NCBI GenBank assembly: GCA_032718475.1
Contig: JAUCBJ010004360.1
Location: forward strand, 1-33,521
Direction: 5' to 3'
DNA: 33,521 nucleotides
DNA from: Nemertoderma westbladi
Taxonomy: Eukaryota; Animalia; Xenacoelomorpha
Part shown: piece after piece, positions 19,886 to 30,388 of the stretch
Numbering within the stretch: position 1 is the stretch's first letter
Layout: every line of letters begins with the position of its first letter
Position numbers and translations under genes: made by a program
Notes under the pieces: model-generated
Seen by the model: only the letters and a program-made list of their open reading frames with translations
Database searches by the model: none
Told to the model about the DNA's origin: nothing

Positions 19886-22411
19886 ATGTTGGCCCACAAA
19901 CTGGACGGAGGTGAAGCACGGACTGATGATATTCGTTGCCATGGCGACAATGGAACTGATTTCAGAGCGATGTTGCTTCGTCCTGAGGTTCAAACAGGTT
20001 TGGAGAGGAGTGGCTTTGTAACTCCGTCCCCTATACAGTTGCAAGCTATTCCGCTAGGTCGTTGCGGACTAGATCTTATAATACAAGCGAAATCAGGCAC
20101 TGGGAAGACCTGTGTGTTTACTGTGGTTGCCTTGGAAATGATAGACTTGGAATGTAAACGACCTCAGGTGCTCGTATTAGCTCCTACAAGAGAAATTGCA
20201 GTTCAGATACATGAGGTGATATCATCGGTTGGGAGGTCTCTTACAGGACTACATTGCCATGTGTTTATTGGTGGTTTATCTGTTACAGACGATAAAAAGA
20301 GATTGAAACAGTGCCAGATTGCCATCGGCAGTCCAGGCAGAATCCGCCAACTCATTGAAATGAAAGCTCTATCTACGCAAAATATTCGATTATTCGTCAT
20401 TGATGAAGCTGATAAACTTCTAGAAGATGCAATGCAAGAGCAAGTCAATTGGATATTTTCTGCTTTGCCTGGGAAGAAGCAAGTGCTAGCACTTTCAGCG
20501 ACTTATACCGAAACTATGACTCAACATATAACTCGTTACATGGCATGTCCCCATCACGTTCGTCTAGACTCTAAACGACCAATTCTAAAAGGATTAGCGC
20601 AATACTACTCTAAAGTGCCTCTTCATCCATCGTTCCCACATCGATCCTTCGAAGCCAAGATGGAGTTATTGTTGTCCATTTTAAATAGCGCGGCATTCCA
20701 CCAGTGTCTGGTGTTTAGCAACTCCCAGCTGAGAGCTGAAGACGTCTGTCAGAGGCTGCTGGAGAAAGGTTGGCCCACAGTGTATATATCTGGTAATCTT
20801 CCACAACATCAGCGACTCCAAGCAATGAGCAAACTCAAGCAGTACCAATGTCGGGTCCTGGTCTCAACAGATTTGTCGTCCCGTGGTATAGATGCAGATA
20901 AAGTTAACCTTGTGGTCAACTTGGACGTTCCAAGTGGGTATGACACTTACCTCCACAGGATTGGGCGTGCTGGTCGTTTTGGCACCTTTGGGGCCGCTGT
21001 TACCATAGCGAACGAAGGCAGCGAATGGGAGGTTTTGGAGAGGGTAGCAAGTCGCCACTGTCTCCCACTGGTTTGTCTACCATCGCCTATTCCATCTAAC
21101 TTGGTAGAGCTGAAAACTGAAGGGAAATACGGCTTTGCTGATCATAATGATGATTCAGTGAATAAAGAGGAAGAACCAATTGATCATAAAGAAGTTCTAA
21201 CAACTGGTACTAAAAATCAAATACAAGGCAAATCCCAATTTATTTCGGATAGTCTTGAAAATAAAGTATCTAAAAAAACAAAGTCAAAGAATTATCTCCC
21301 AAGAGGTGTGCAAAAGCAATTAGGAACTCTTTTTGATGTGGGGACGCAGACAGATGAAGCGGTTGTTAATGTTAGGTCCCAATGCGACATCAAATCTCCG
21401 CTGTCTAGAAAATCTATTGAATTCTCATGTATACCCGAGTATCGTGAAACTTTTGTTGACTTCCTTGTGCGTAGTCGCATCCAACTTCCCCCTCTGTATG
21501 ACAGATTCGCCCCACTGCCTGTCAGCGTACCGAATCCTTGTCCGTTTAAAGGCGATTATGTGGAGTCCTTGAGAGAACTTGGATTGGATGTTCGAAATTG
21601 TGATGATGTATTTATTGATGGTAATGTTATAGAAGGTTCGATCAATGTCAAGGATGTGGTTGCTGATGATAAAGATGATTCAGTTGAGAGTGATGATGCT
21701 TGCGATAAAGTGTATCTCACAGATGAGTTCATGGGTTCATCTTATAATAAAGGTGGTCCTGATACGAATGCAGATATCATAGACAGCTCTGCTAATCTAG
21801 ATGTTGTTTCCCCTCAAACTGATATTATTTGTTCTAGAAGTCCAGCCGACATACTCTGTAATTCTAGAAGCACCTCACAATCGATATCTGTAGGATTAGA
21901 GGCGACGGGCGACCAAGCAGTGTCAACTAACCATTTAGTCGAACGAGCAATCCCAGGTCATCATGTATCAACCGACCCAGATCCAACAAACCCACTACAA
22001 GTGCCAAACCCAACACACACTGTAGGATTATCAAAGCCAACCAACCCAGTAGCAGTGGCACATCCAAGGAAGATGAAACATAAAAATATTAGTCTATTCA
22101 ACCCTTGGATTCCAGTTCCTAAAGAGGAGAAGATAACGGACTCAACAAGCAATGTTTTATGGCAGCAGACCAGTTGCGTAGTAACAACTCGTGATTGCCT
22201 GGAATCGATTAACCAATCAAAACACCGTATCAACTCTACCCCTTCGGTTTCAACGACTTCGCCTAGTTTATCATCGTCATCGGACGAGTGCGATAGTTCT
22301 TCTTCTGAATCATCTACCTCTTGCGATTGCGAATATGTTAGTAACCAATTGCAAAGCAATACGCACCACTTTGCCAAATTACGTAGTAACCCATATTATT
22401 ACTTTAATTGA
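19886..22411 (+). CDS. DDX20: DEAD-box RNA helicase DDX20 / Gemin3, single coding exon, 841 aa from first ATG
   Basis: Q motif GFVTPSPIQLQAIPLGRCGLDLIIQAKSGTGKT (DDX20-typical), PTREIA, DEAD, SAT and HRIGRAGRFG, followed by a long low-complexity C-terminus. The ORF track start at 19871 is TTG; the first ATG is 19886. Confidence 0.92.
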   Translation: MLAHKLDGGEARTDDIRCHGDNGTDFRAMLLRPEVQTGLERSGFVTPSPIQLQAIPLGRCGLDLIIQAKSGTGKTCVFTVVALEMIDLECKRPQVLVLAPTREIAVQIHEVISSVGRSLTGLHCHVFIGGLSVTDDKKRLKQCQIAIGSPGRIRQLIEMKALSTQNIRLFVIDEADKLLEDAMQEQVNWIFSALPGKKQVLALSATYTETMTQHITRYMACPHHVRLDSKRPILKGLAQYYSKVPLHPSFPHRSFEAKMELLLSILNSAAFHQCLVFSNSQLRAEDVCQRLLEKGWPTVYISGNLPQHQRLQAMSKLKQYQCRVLVSTDLSSRGIDADKVNLVVNLDVPSGYDTYLHRIGRAGRFGTFGAAVTIANEGSEWEVLERVASRHCLPLVCLPSPIPSNLVELKTEGKYGFADHNDDSVNKEEEPIDHKEVLTTGTKNQIQGKSQFISDSLENKVSKKTKSKNYLPRGVQKQLGTLFDVGTQTDEAVVNVRSQCDIKSPLSRKSIEFSCIPEYRETFVDFLVRSRIQLPPLYDRFAPLPVSVPNPCPFKGDYVESLRELGLDVRNCDDVFIDGNVIEGSINVKDVVADDKDDSVESDDACDKVYLTDEFMGSSYNKGGPDTNADIIDSSANLDVVSPQTDIICSRSPADILCNSRSTSQSISVGLEATGDQAVSTNHLVERAIPGHHVSTDPDPTNPLQVPNPTHTVGLSKPTNPVAVAHPRKMKHKNISLFNPWIPVPKEEKITDSTSNVLWQQTSCVVTTRDCLESINQSKHRINSTPSVSTTSPSLSSSSDECDSSSSESSTSCDCEYVSNQLQSNTHHFAKLRSNPYYYFN

Positions 22412-22929
22412 TGCGATGCTTGTTTGTAGTTGGTTAAATTTAAGATGAAATCAAGTGACACTGAATGTAAATCAATGATGTTCTTAATACATTACATGAG
22501 AAAATAGTAGAACTTTTTCTCACCAACTTGTATTTAACGCCAGTGAGGTTATTAAAGAGTCGAGAGAATTGTTCAAAAAATAAGTTACGAAATTTTGTTA
22601 CGAAAGAAAGGGAGCAGTTCCTCCACTTTTAATCTGCACTGCACCCCAAAGACAAAGACGCCAGGCACCATTACGTGAGAGATTGATGATGACATGCAGG
22701 TATTGGATAGTGAATTTGTGTTTTATAGGCTTACCTTAGCTGTTAATGCCTCCAGTGTAAAAATTTAGACAATTCAAAGGAGACACAAAAATAATAATAT
22801 AATTTTTAAGAACTCTTATAACTCTTTAAGAACAGAAATTCCATCTAAAAATAATCCGCCTAATATTTTGTGGAATAAACTATTTTGGATATAAATAAGC
22901 CTTCTGCAGTGATAGTGTTATTCCCTGAA

Positions 22930-24800
22930 CAGGCAGTACTTTGTTAATTTGCAGGAGCTAATAAACCAACAGGTTGATGCCATCAATGATGCTGACGACA
23001 GCAGGCAATCATCCCAGGCATGGAGATCGATCAACTTGCTTGCTGGTCGAAAAAGCCAACCAACCACCAAGGTTAAGGCTGAATCATCAGCCGATTGCCT
23101 CAATGGTTGGAAGGCCCACTTTGAAAAGCTCCTCAATAATGACATGGTATTGCCTGGTAACTTTATAGAAGTAAAAGTGTCTGAGTCTGTACTCCCAGAT
23201 ATTCCTATTGGTGATATCTCCTTTGCAGACGTGAAGGCTGCTGCAAAGACCATTAAGACCAATCGTGCCAGTGGAGTAGATGGTGTTCACCCTGAGGTCT
23301 TTAAAATACCTGAGTGTTTAAAGCTCATCTATCCCATCATAGTAGACATGTACCGAACAACAAGAGTCCCACAAGAAATGAAAACAAATAAGTTGGTGCC
23401 AGTTCCCAAGAAGGGCATCCTAACACTCTATGGTTCTTTTCGGGGAATCTCATTGATCTCGATTGCTGTAAAGCTATACAATAGAATTCTATTAAATCGC
23501 ATCAGGGATCCCATTGAGAGACTGCTCCGTGGAAATCAGAATGGGTTCCGTAAAGGTCGTGGGACCATGGAGCCCATTTTGGCACTTAGAAGGATAATTG
23601 AAGAGTTATCAAAAAAGAAAGACAGGCATCTGGCTGTTCTCTTTGTTGACTTCTTCAACTCTCACTCACGTATGTTCAGCATACTTTCATTATATGGGAT
23701 TCCTGATGAAATTATTGCTGCTTTCAGATCTAGTATACGATGGTAAATCGACTAACATTTGTGTCTACTGTTGACCGCCGTCACACAGTACCATTTGAAG
23801 TGTTATCGGGCGTCCTCCAGGGAGACACACTTGCACCATTCTTGTTCATAATTGTTGTTGACTATGTTCTACGCATGTCCTTAGATCATCATAATGATGA
23901 TGAGGTGATGATAACTCCACCTACTGGCTCCAGAAGTCGAGGAAATCCTGCCAAGTACCTAACTGATCTAGACTTTGCTGATGACTTAGGAGTACTCTCA
24001 GAATCACTAGAGGGAGCCCAACGGCTCCTCGGCTCATAGAACATGCTGCTTCTAGTGTTGGTCTTTTTATTAACTCCAGAAAGACCAAAATTCTGACAGT
24101 TAACTTTGAAAGTCCTCAGCAAGTCTCTGGTCGGATGAGCATAAGCTCAAAGGATGGTATGCTTGAGCATGTGGACGACTTCTGTTACCTGGGATCATGG
24201 ATCCAGAAGTCAGGTGAGGACCTTCGAATACGTAAGGGAAAGGCATGGGCAGCCTTGAATATGCTTTCCAGGATTTGGAAGTCACCGAGAATTAATCGGA
24301 AACTTAAGGTCCGATTATTTAGAGCAGCAGTAGTTCCAGTACTCCTCTACGGGAGTCCATGCTGGGCTCTAACTGCTGAGGACACCAAATCTCTGGATGG
24401 CACATTCACAAGAATGCTACGCCGGTTTCATTGTGTCAAGTACAATGCACATATCTCCAACCAGACACTATATAACATTGGAGGTGTCTCATTGGTTCCC
24501 CCAAGGTTGACACTAGAACAAAATCGCCTCCGCTTTGCAGGACATTGCTTTCGCCGTGAGGACCAGCCAGTGCATAATCTTGTACTTTGGCAGCCTCATG
24601 GAGTGAATAAACATGGTGGACAGCCCATGACTTTCTTGAGACGCATCTTAAAGGACACTGGCCTTAAAGATGCGGATGATCTAGCAAATGTCATGGGTGA
24701 TAGGGAGTTGTGGCGGTGCAATTTTGTTGACAAGCCGGCACAGCATTCTTAAAAATGCAGCTGCAATGCAGCATGCCGATCCTAGTAGTAGTCAGTAGTT
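22930..24800 (+). mobile_element. Degenerate, 5'-truncated RTE-like non-LTR retrotransposon (RT in three frameshifted pieces)
   Basis: ORFs 22949-23746, 23740-24039 and 24135-24752 give QNGFRKGRGT, GVLQGDTLAPFLF, LDFADDL, FCYLGS and RLRFAGHCFR. A (TAG)n tail lies at ~24783-24800. The 5' boundary is approximate. Confidence 0.85.
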
Positions 24801-25321
24801 ATTGACAACCATTAAATGAGATCTGTCTTTTAGAATAATTGACTCTACAGTAATATGAGATAAGGGGATGTAGGGAGACAAGTGAAAATCTGTAGCTGGT
24901 CAATCTCTATCTGCCATATCTGGCAGGGACTTGATTTTGTTGACCAATATTGAGCAGTATTAAATATGTATGCCGTGATTACCTTTAGATCAATTAAAAA
25001 CACATTTCTTTAATGCAAATCACTTAAACTAATTAAAAACTGTAATGGAATGAGGTATGGTGATTCCTGCAGAATAATTTTTATGTACAATTAATTTACT
25101 TTTTTTAAGTAGAAATTAAGTAATTTCCATGAAACACACTGCTGAAAACGCTGTTTTTTGCTTGCAATTAACAAAATTAACTAATTAAATGCTTTTATCT
25201 TAGCTTCTCGAAGGCCACACGTAAATTCAACTTATAAACTTTTGCCGGACTACATGTGTACCAAGTTTGGTTATATTTCATTGGTCGAGTTGTTAACGTT
25301 AAAATATTTAACACAAATATT

Positions 25322-26070
25322 GGGGGCTCCGTGTACGAGGTGGAGGGGGGGGGTTCCGTGTACGACGACGAAAGGGGGGTTCCGTGTACGAGGGCGGGGG
25401 GGGGGGGGGTCCGTGTACGACGGCGGAGGGAGGTTTCCATGTACTACGACGGAGGGGGGTTTCCATGTACGACGACGGAGGGGGGGGGGTTCCGAGTACG
25501 ACGACGGAGGGGGGTTTCTATGTACGACGACGGAGGGGGGGGAGGTTCCGAGTAAGATGACGGAGGGGGGTTTCCGTGTACGACGACGGAGGGGGGGGGG
25601 GGGTTCCGTGTACGACGACGGAGGGGGGGGGGGGGGGGTTCCGAGTACGACGACGGAGGGGGGTTTCCGTGTACGACGACGGAGGGGGGTTTCCATGTAC
25701 GACGACGGAGGGGGGTTTCCATGTACGACGACGGAGGGGGGGGGGGGTTCCGAGTACGACGACGGAGGGGGGTTTCCATGTACGACGACGGAGGGGGGGG
25801 AGGTTCCGAGTAAGATGACGGAGGGGGGTTTCCGTGTACGACGACGGAGGGGGGGGGGGGGGGTTCCGTGTACGACGACGGAGGGGGGGGGGGGGGGGGT
25901 TCCGAGTACGACGACGACGGAGGGGGGTTTCCGTGTACGACGACGGAGGGGGGTTTCCATGTACGACGACGGAGGGGGGGGGGGGTTCCGAGTACGACGA
26001 CGGAGGGGGGGGGGGGGGGGGTTCCGTGTACGACGACGGAGGGGGGGTTCCGTGTACGACGACGGAGGGG
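25322..26070. repeat. G-rich satellite, unit ttccg(t/a)gtacgacgacgga-G(5-16), left block
   Basis: Directly visible tandem repeat with a variable poly-G spacer. Confidence 0.95.
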
Positions 26071-28033
26071 TAGATAGATTTATTTATACATTATGTAAAA
26101 ACAATAACAAATACACCAAACAATGTACCGGTATAAAGGTATTGTCCAACATAACATATAGGATTACCCCTAAAGCTTTGCAGCTTATTTCCAAGGGGGT
26201 CCTTTATGTTACTTGGTTACAAATACAATATTACACTACAAGTCATCTGGAGTTAGGTGGTGCCTAGGTTTGTAGTCTTTAATAAATCGTACTACTTTAT
26301 TCTGAGCTACTTGTAATTTACATTTAAGCTGTTTGGTTAAGCCTTCATACCAAGAAGAGCACGCATAGTCCATGTGACACTGTATTAAAGAAGAGCAAAG
26401 TAACTTGCGGGAGTCGGTGTTCAAACTATTTTTATTTCTGTATAGAAACCTAAGCCTACTGTTAACTTTCGAGAAAATATTTTTCACTGTACTTTCTCCT
26501 GATAAGCAGTTATCCAATGTGGCGCCTAAATATTTAACTTCCTTTTTATTTTCAATCTTATGTCCATTACTAGTGACTTCAAACTTAGTTACCTTCTTTA
26601 ACTTTCTTTTGGAACCAAACAAAATACTTTCAGTTTTACCGTAGTGAATGGATAGCTTATTATCAACCAACCACTCATTACAGGATTCTAGAACTGCACT
26701 TAACTTTTGGGAAATATGGATAGGATCTTTATGAGAGAAAATAAGAGCACTGTCATCGGCATATAAAATGAGTTTAAAATCGGGATCTATACTACTTATC
26801 ATATCATTTACATAGCATACAAAAAGCAGAGGACCTAATATACTACCTTGCGGTACACCACAGGTAATCTCTTGTACAGTTGACAGCGATTTGCTAATGA
26901 CTACAGTTTGACCTCTGTCTGACAGGTAGGACTTGAACCAGTCTATAGAACCTACACCCATCAGGCCCAACTTACCAAGCAGAATTTCGTGATCTACAGT
27001 ATCGAAAGCCTTTTGTAGGTCCAACATTACCATACCAGTATATAAACCCTTTGCGTTATTACATCTATTTGTATCAGTTAAGTTAATACAGTAAGGCAGG
27101 TGTCTGTAGAATATGATTTACGAAAACCGGACTGAAGTTCATAGATCAGATTTAGCCTACTAAGATGTGCCTCCAGCTGTAGAAAAACAGAACGTTCTAG
27201 AATTTTAGATACAATACTTAAGATACTAACAGGTCTGTAATTACAGGGTTCTACTTTACTATTCTTTTTATACAGAGGAACAACCTTAGCTAATTTCAGT
27301 TCGTCTGGTACTACGTTATCTACGATAGAGTAATTAATAATAAAAGTAATAGGCACTTTAAGTACTTCAGCACCATCCTTAAGAAAACGGGCAGGTATTA
27401 GATCTAGACCGGTACTTTTTGAGGCTGATAGGCTAAGTAGATTTTTAAAAACGAAATCCTCAGAAACGGGTTTTAAAAATAACTTTTCTAAATAAAAATT
27501 ATTTAGAGTTTCGGACCCTATACTATATTTATTACTTGATAACGGTAATTTCTTAACTAAATTAGAGGCAACGTTAGTAAAATAATTATTAAATAAATTA
27601 CTAACTAGAGTATGATCATGAATCAGCTCACCGTTATCTTGCAGAACAATATTCGATTTAGATTTAAGGTTTTTATAACCTAAAGATTTTAGGGTAGACC
27701 ATAGACTTTTTGGATTATCTTTATTCTCACTTATTTTGTTGTACAAATATTCAGATTTAGCTTTTTTTATTTCCCGTTGGACAAGGTTTCTATATTTGCA
27801 GTAATTATAATAATCAGCTAAAACACGGTATTTCCTAAATTTATACAAATAGTTATCTCTTTCTCTGATATTACTAAGAATACCCGAGGTCATCCAGGGC
27901 TCAGTGCGTTGTTTAAGACTAATTTCTTTAATTGGTGCTACAGTATTAAGTGCCTTTAAAAATATATCTTTAAAAACAGTGTACGCAAGGTTAATGTCAG
28001 CGGCCTTAAAACAGGGTTCCCAGTCAGAATTAA
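26071..28033 (-). mobile_element. 5'-truncated, frameshifted CR1/L2-group LINE fragment inserted in the satellite
   Basis: ORFs 27078-27893 and 26236-27033 give [47 protein letters not shown] and KYLG. The frame continues to 28033. The minus-strand 3' end is AATAAA followed by TCTATCTA. Confidence 0.88.
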
Positions 28034-28808
28034 TCCGTGTACGACGACGGAGGGGGGGGCGGGGGGGGGGGTTCCGAGTACGACGACGGAGGGGGGGTTT
28101 CCGTGTACGACGACGGAGGGGGGGGGGGGGTTCCGTGTACGGCGACGGAGGGGGGGTTCTGTGTACGACGACGGAGGGGGGGTTCCTTGTACGACGACGG
28201 AGGGGGGGGTTCCGTGTACGACGATGGAGGGGGGGGGGGGGGGTTCCGTGTACGACGACGTAGGGGGGTTCCGAGTACGACGACGGAGGGGGGGTTCCGT
28301 GTACGACGGCGGAAGGGGGCTCCGAGTACGACGACGGAGGGGGGTTTCTGTGTACGACGACGGAGGGGGGGGTTCCGTGTACGACGACGGAGGGGGGGGG
28401 TTCCGTGTACGACGATGGAGGGGGGGGGGGGGTTCCGTGTACGCCGACGGAGGGGGGGTTCCGAGTACGACGACGGAGGCGGGTTTCCGTGTACGACGAC
28501 GGAAGCGGGTTCCGAGTACGACGACGGAGGGGGGGGGTCCTTGTACGACGACGGAGGGGGGGTTCCGTGTACGACGACGGAGGGGGGGTCCTTGTACGAC
28601 GACGGAGGGGGGGGGGTCAGTGTGCGATGACGGAGGGGGGGTTCCGTGTACGACGACGGAAGGGGGTTTCCGTGTACGACGACGGAAGGGGGTTCCGAGT
28701 ACGACGACGGAGGGGGGTTCCGAGTACGACGACGGAGGAGGGTTTCCATGTACGACGACGGAGGGGGGGGGGGGGGGGGGGGGGTTCCGTGTACGACGAC
28801 GGAAGGGG
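28034..28808. repeat. G-rich satellite, right block
   Basis: Same unit and orientation as 25322-26070. Confidence 0.95.
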
Positions 28809-29222
28809 TGTAAAAGCCTTTGCTGAATTGCCCCGTTATTTTTATTATCTTTTACATTAAAATACTCTGTAGTTGATTTAATAAGTGTAAGAGACCGTAT
28901 TATTGCTGTATCGGTGTTTTTAGAGGATCTAAGACCTATTTCCTCCGTATGTGTACTGTGAAAGGCATATTTTATGATTCTATGGCAATTCGTGACGCAA
29001 AGGGGTGATAGCTACTCTTGAACAGTAGTTACTATGACTACGGTTAACAGCTGACATTCATACGTGTTGATTTCCTTTGTTCTACGGCGTCTCTCAGTTC
29101 AGTCAGCCAATTAGATCATCCTCATCCATGTTACATTACTGCAACAGTGTATTGCTGTAGTGTGTTGGACTTCAGACTATTTATCCTACTAACTAACTGA
29201 ACTTATACTGTCTGACTGTTAT

Positions 29223-30344
29223 ATGATATTCGAGAAATTCCGCAACGATAAACACAACGCTGCAACGGATGCAACCTACAATCTGACAATGACGCCCCCT
29301 AACAATAAAGTAAAGGCGAAAAAAAATATGGCGTCATCGCGAAGATCTGAGATACCGGTACCGGACATGTCAAAGATGATTAGTTGCGACATATGTTCGG
29401 GTTTCTTTCTGGATGAAGCAACATACGAAAGCCACAATACTCACTGTCAGGGCTCAATCTTCGTAGAACCTCCCAGCGCCTGCAGCCACTGCAACAAATC
29501 TGTATCCGGCAACAATTGTTTAGGCTGCGAAATTTGTGGATCGTGGATCCATGCTGCTTGCCTCAAACTATCAAATGCTGAAATACAAATCTTAGCCAAA
29601 TGCAAGAACTGTAAAATCGTCTGTTCTCCCTGCGAGTCTAAAGGAAAACTATCGATAGAGGACGGCACCAGCCCCGGTCCTAAACAACTAGAGTCCATGA
29701 TATCTAACCTGAAATCTTCTCTAAAAGACGACTTCGATTTACTTAACAGTGAATTGATATCTCTTCGAAACAACAACAGTAGTTCCAACCATTGGACGAC
29801 AGTCGACGGAAAGAAAAAGAACAGCAATAACAGAGTCAACCAGCAGCATCAACCTCTGACGCTTGATGATGTCTCCCGAGAGGTGGGCGAACAGAAAAAG
29901 CGGCAGAACAACTTAGTTATTCGGGGGTTTGCTCTACCCGAAGAATCTTCTGAGGATGTTCAATGCTTGACAACGTTCCTTCAGGATAACTTCGTAGTGG
30001 CTGCACCACTGAAAAAAGTACTCTACAGACGCCCAGCAAGAACGGTCGACGGTGTCGACAAATGTTCCACTGTAATTGTGGAGCTCTCCTCTCTCGAGAT
30101 CAAGTCCACAATTCTCCGGAAAAAGTCAACACTGAAAGACTTGGCTTCTGGCATATATATCTCTCAGGACCTCACCCCCCTTCAATCAGAGCAAGCCTAT
30201 CTACGGCGCAAATCGATCCGTGAGAATAGGAGACAAAGTACTTCAACCGAACCCCGGCGTTCTACCACCCGCCCAGCACAGAATGACACTGACACAGCTT
30301 CTGCTTCTGGTACTAATTCTGTACCGGTGCAGGGAAACCAGTAA
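29223..30344 (+). CDS. CR1 ORF1 protein (zinc finger, PHD finger, coiled coil, RRM-like domain)
   Basis: CDIC-x12-H-x2-HC; PHD CSHC...CEICGSWIHAAC...CSPC; NNLVIRG and IYISQDLTPLQ motifs typical of LINE ORF1. Confidence 0.85.
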   Translation: MIFEKFRNDKHNAATDATYNLTMTPPNNKVKAKKNMASSRRSEIPVPDMSKMISCDICSGFFLDEATYESHNTHCQGSIFVEPPSACSHCNKSVSGNNCLGCEICGSWIHAACLKLSNAEIQILAKCKNCKIVCSPCESKGKLSIEDGTSPGPKQLESMISNLKSSLKDDFDLLNSELISLRNNNSSSNHWTTVDGKKKNSNNRVNQQHQPLTLDDVSREVGEQKKRQNNLVIRGFALPEESSEDVQCLTTFLQDNFVVAAPLKKVLYRRPARTVDGVDKCSTVIVELSSLEIKSTILRKKSTLKDLASGIYISQDLTPLQSEQAYLRRKSIRENRRQSTSTEPRRSTTRPAQNDTDTASASGTNSVPVQGNQ

Positions 30345-30388
30345 AGGGAGGTCATCGCCAACCAGCTAACATAACACATGATCAATAT

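Noticed and set aside
25195-28860. Gly/Arg-rich and Pro-rich ORFs (RVRRRRGG, YDDGGG, PPPSSY) resembling structural proteins
   Set aside because: Translations of a nearly stop-free satellite, open in multiple frames on both strands; variable G runs scramble the frame.
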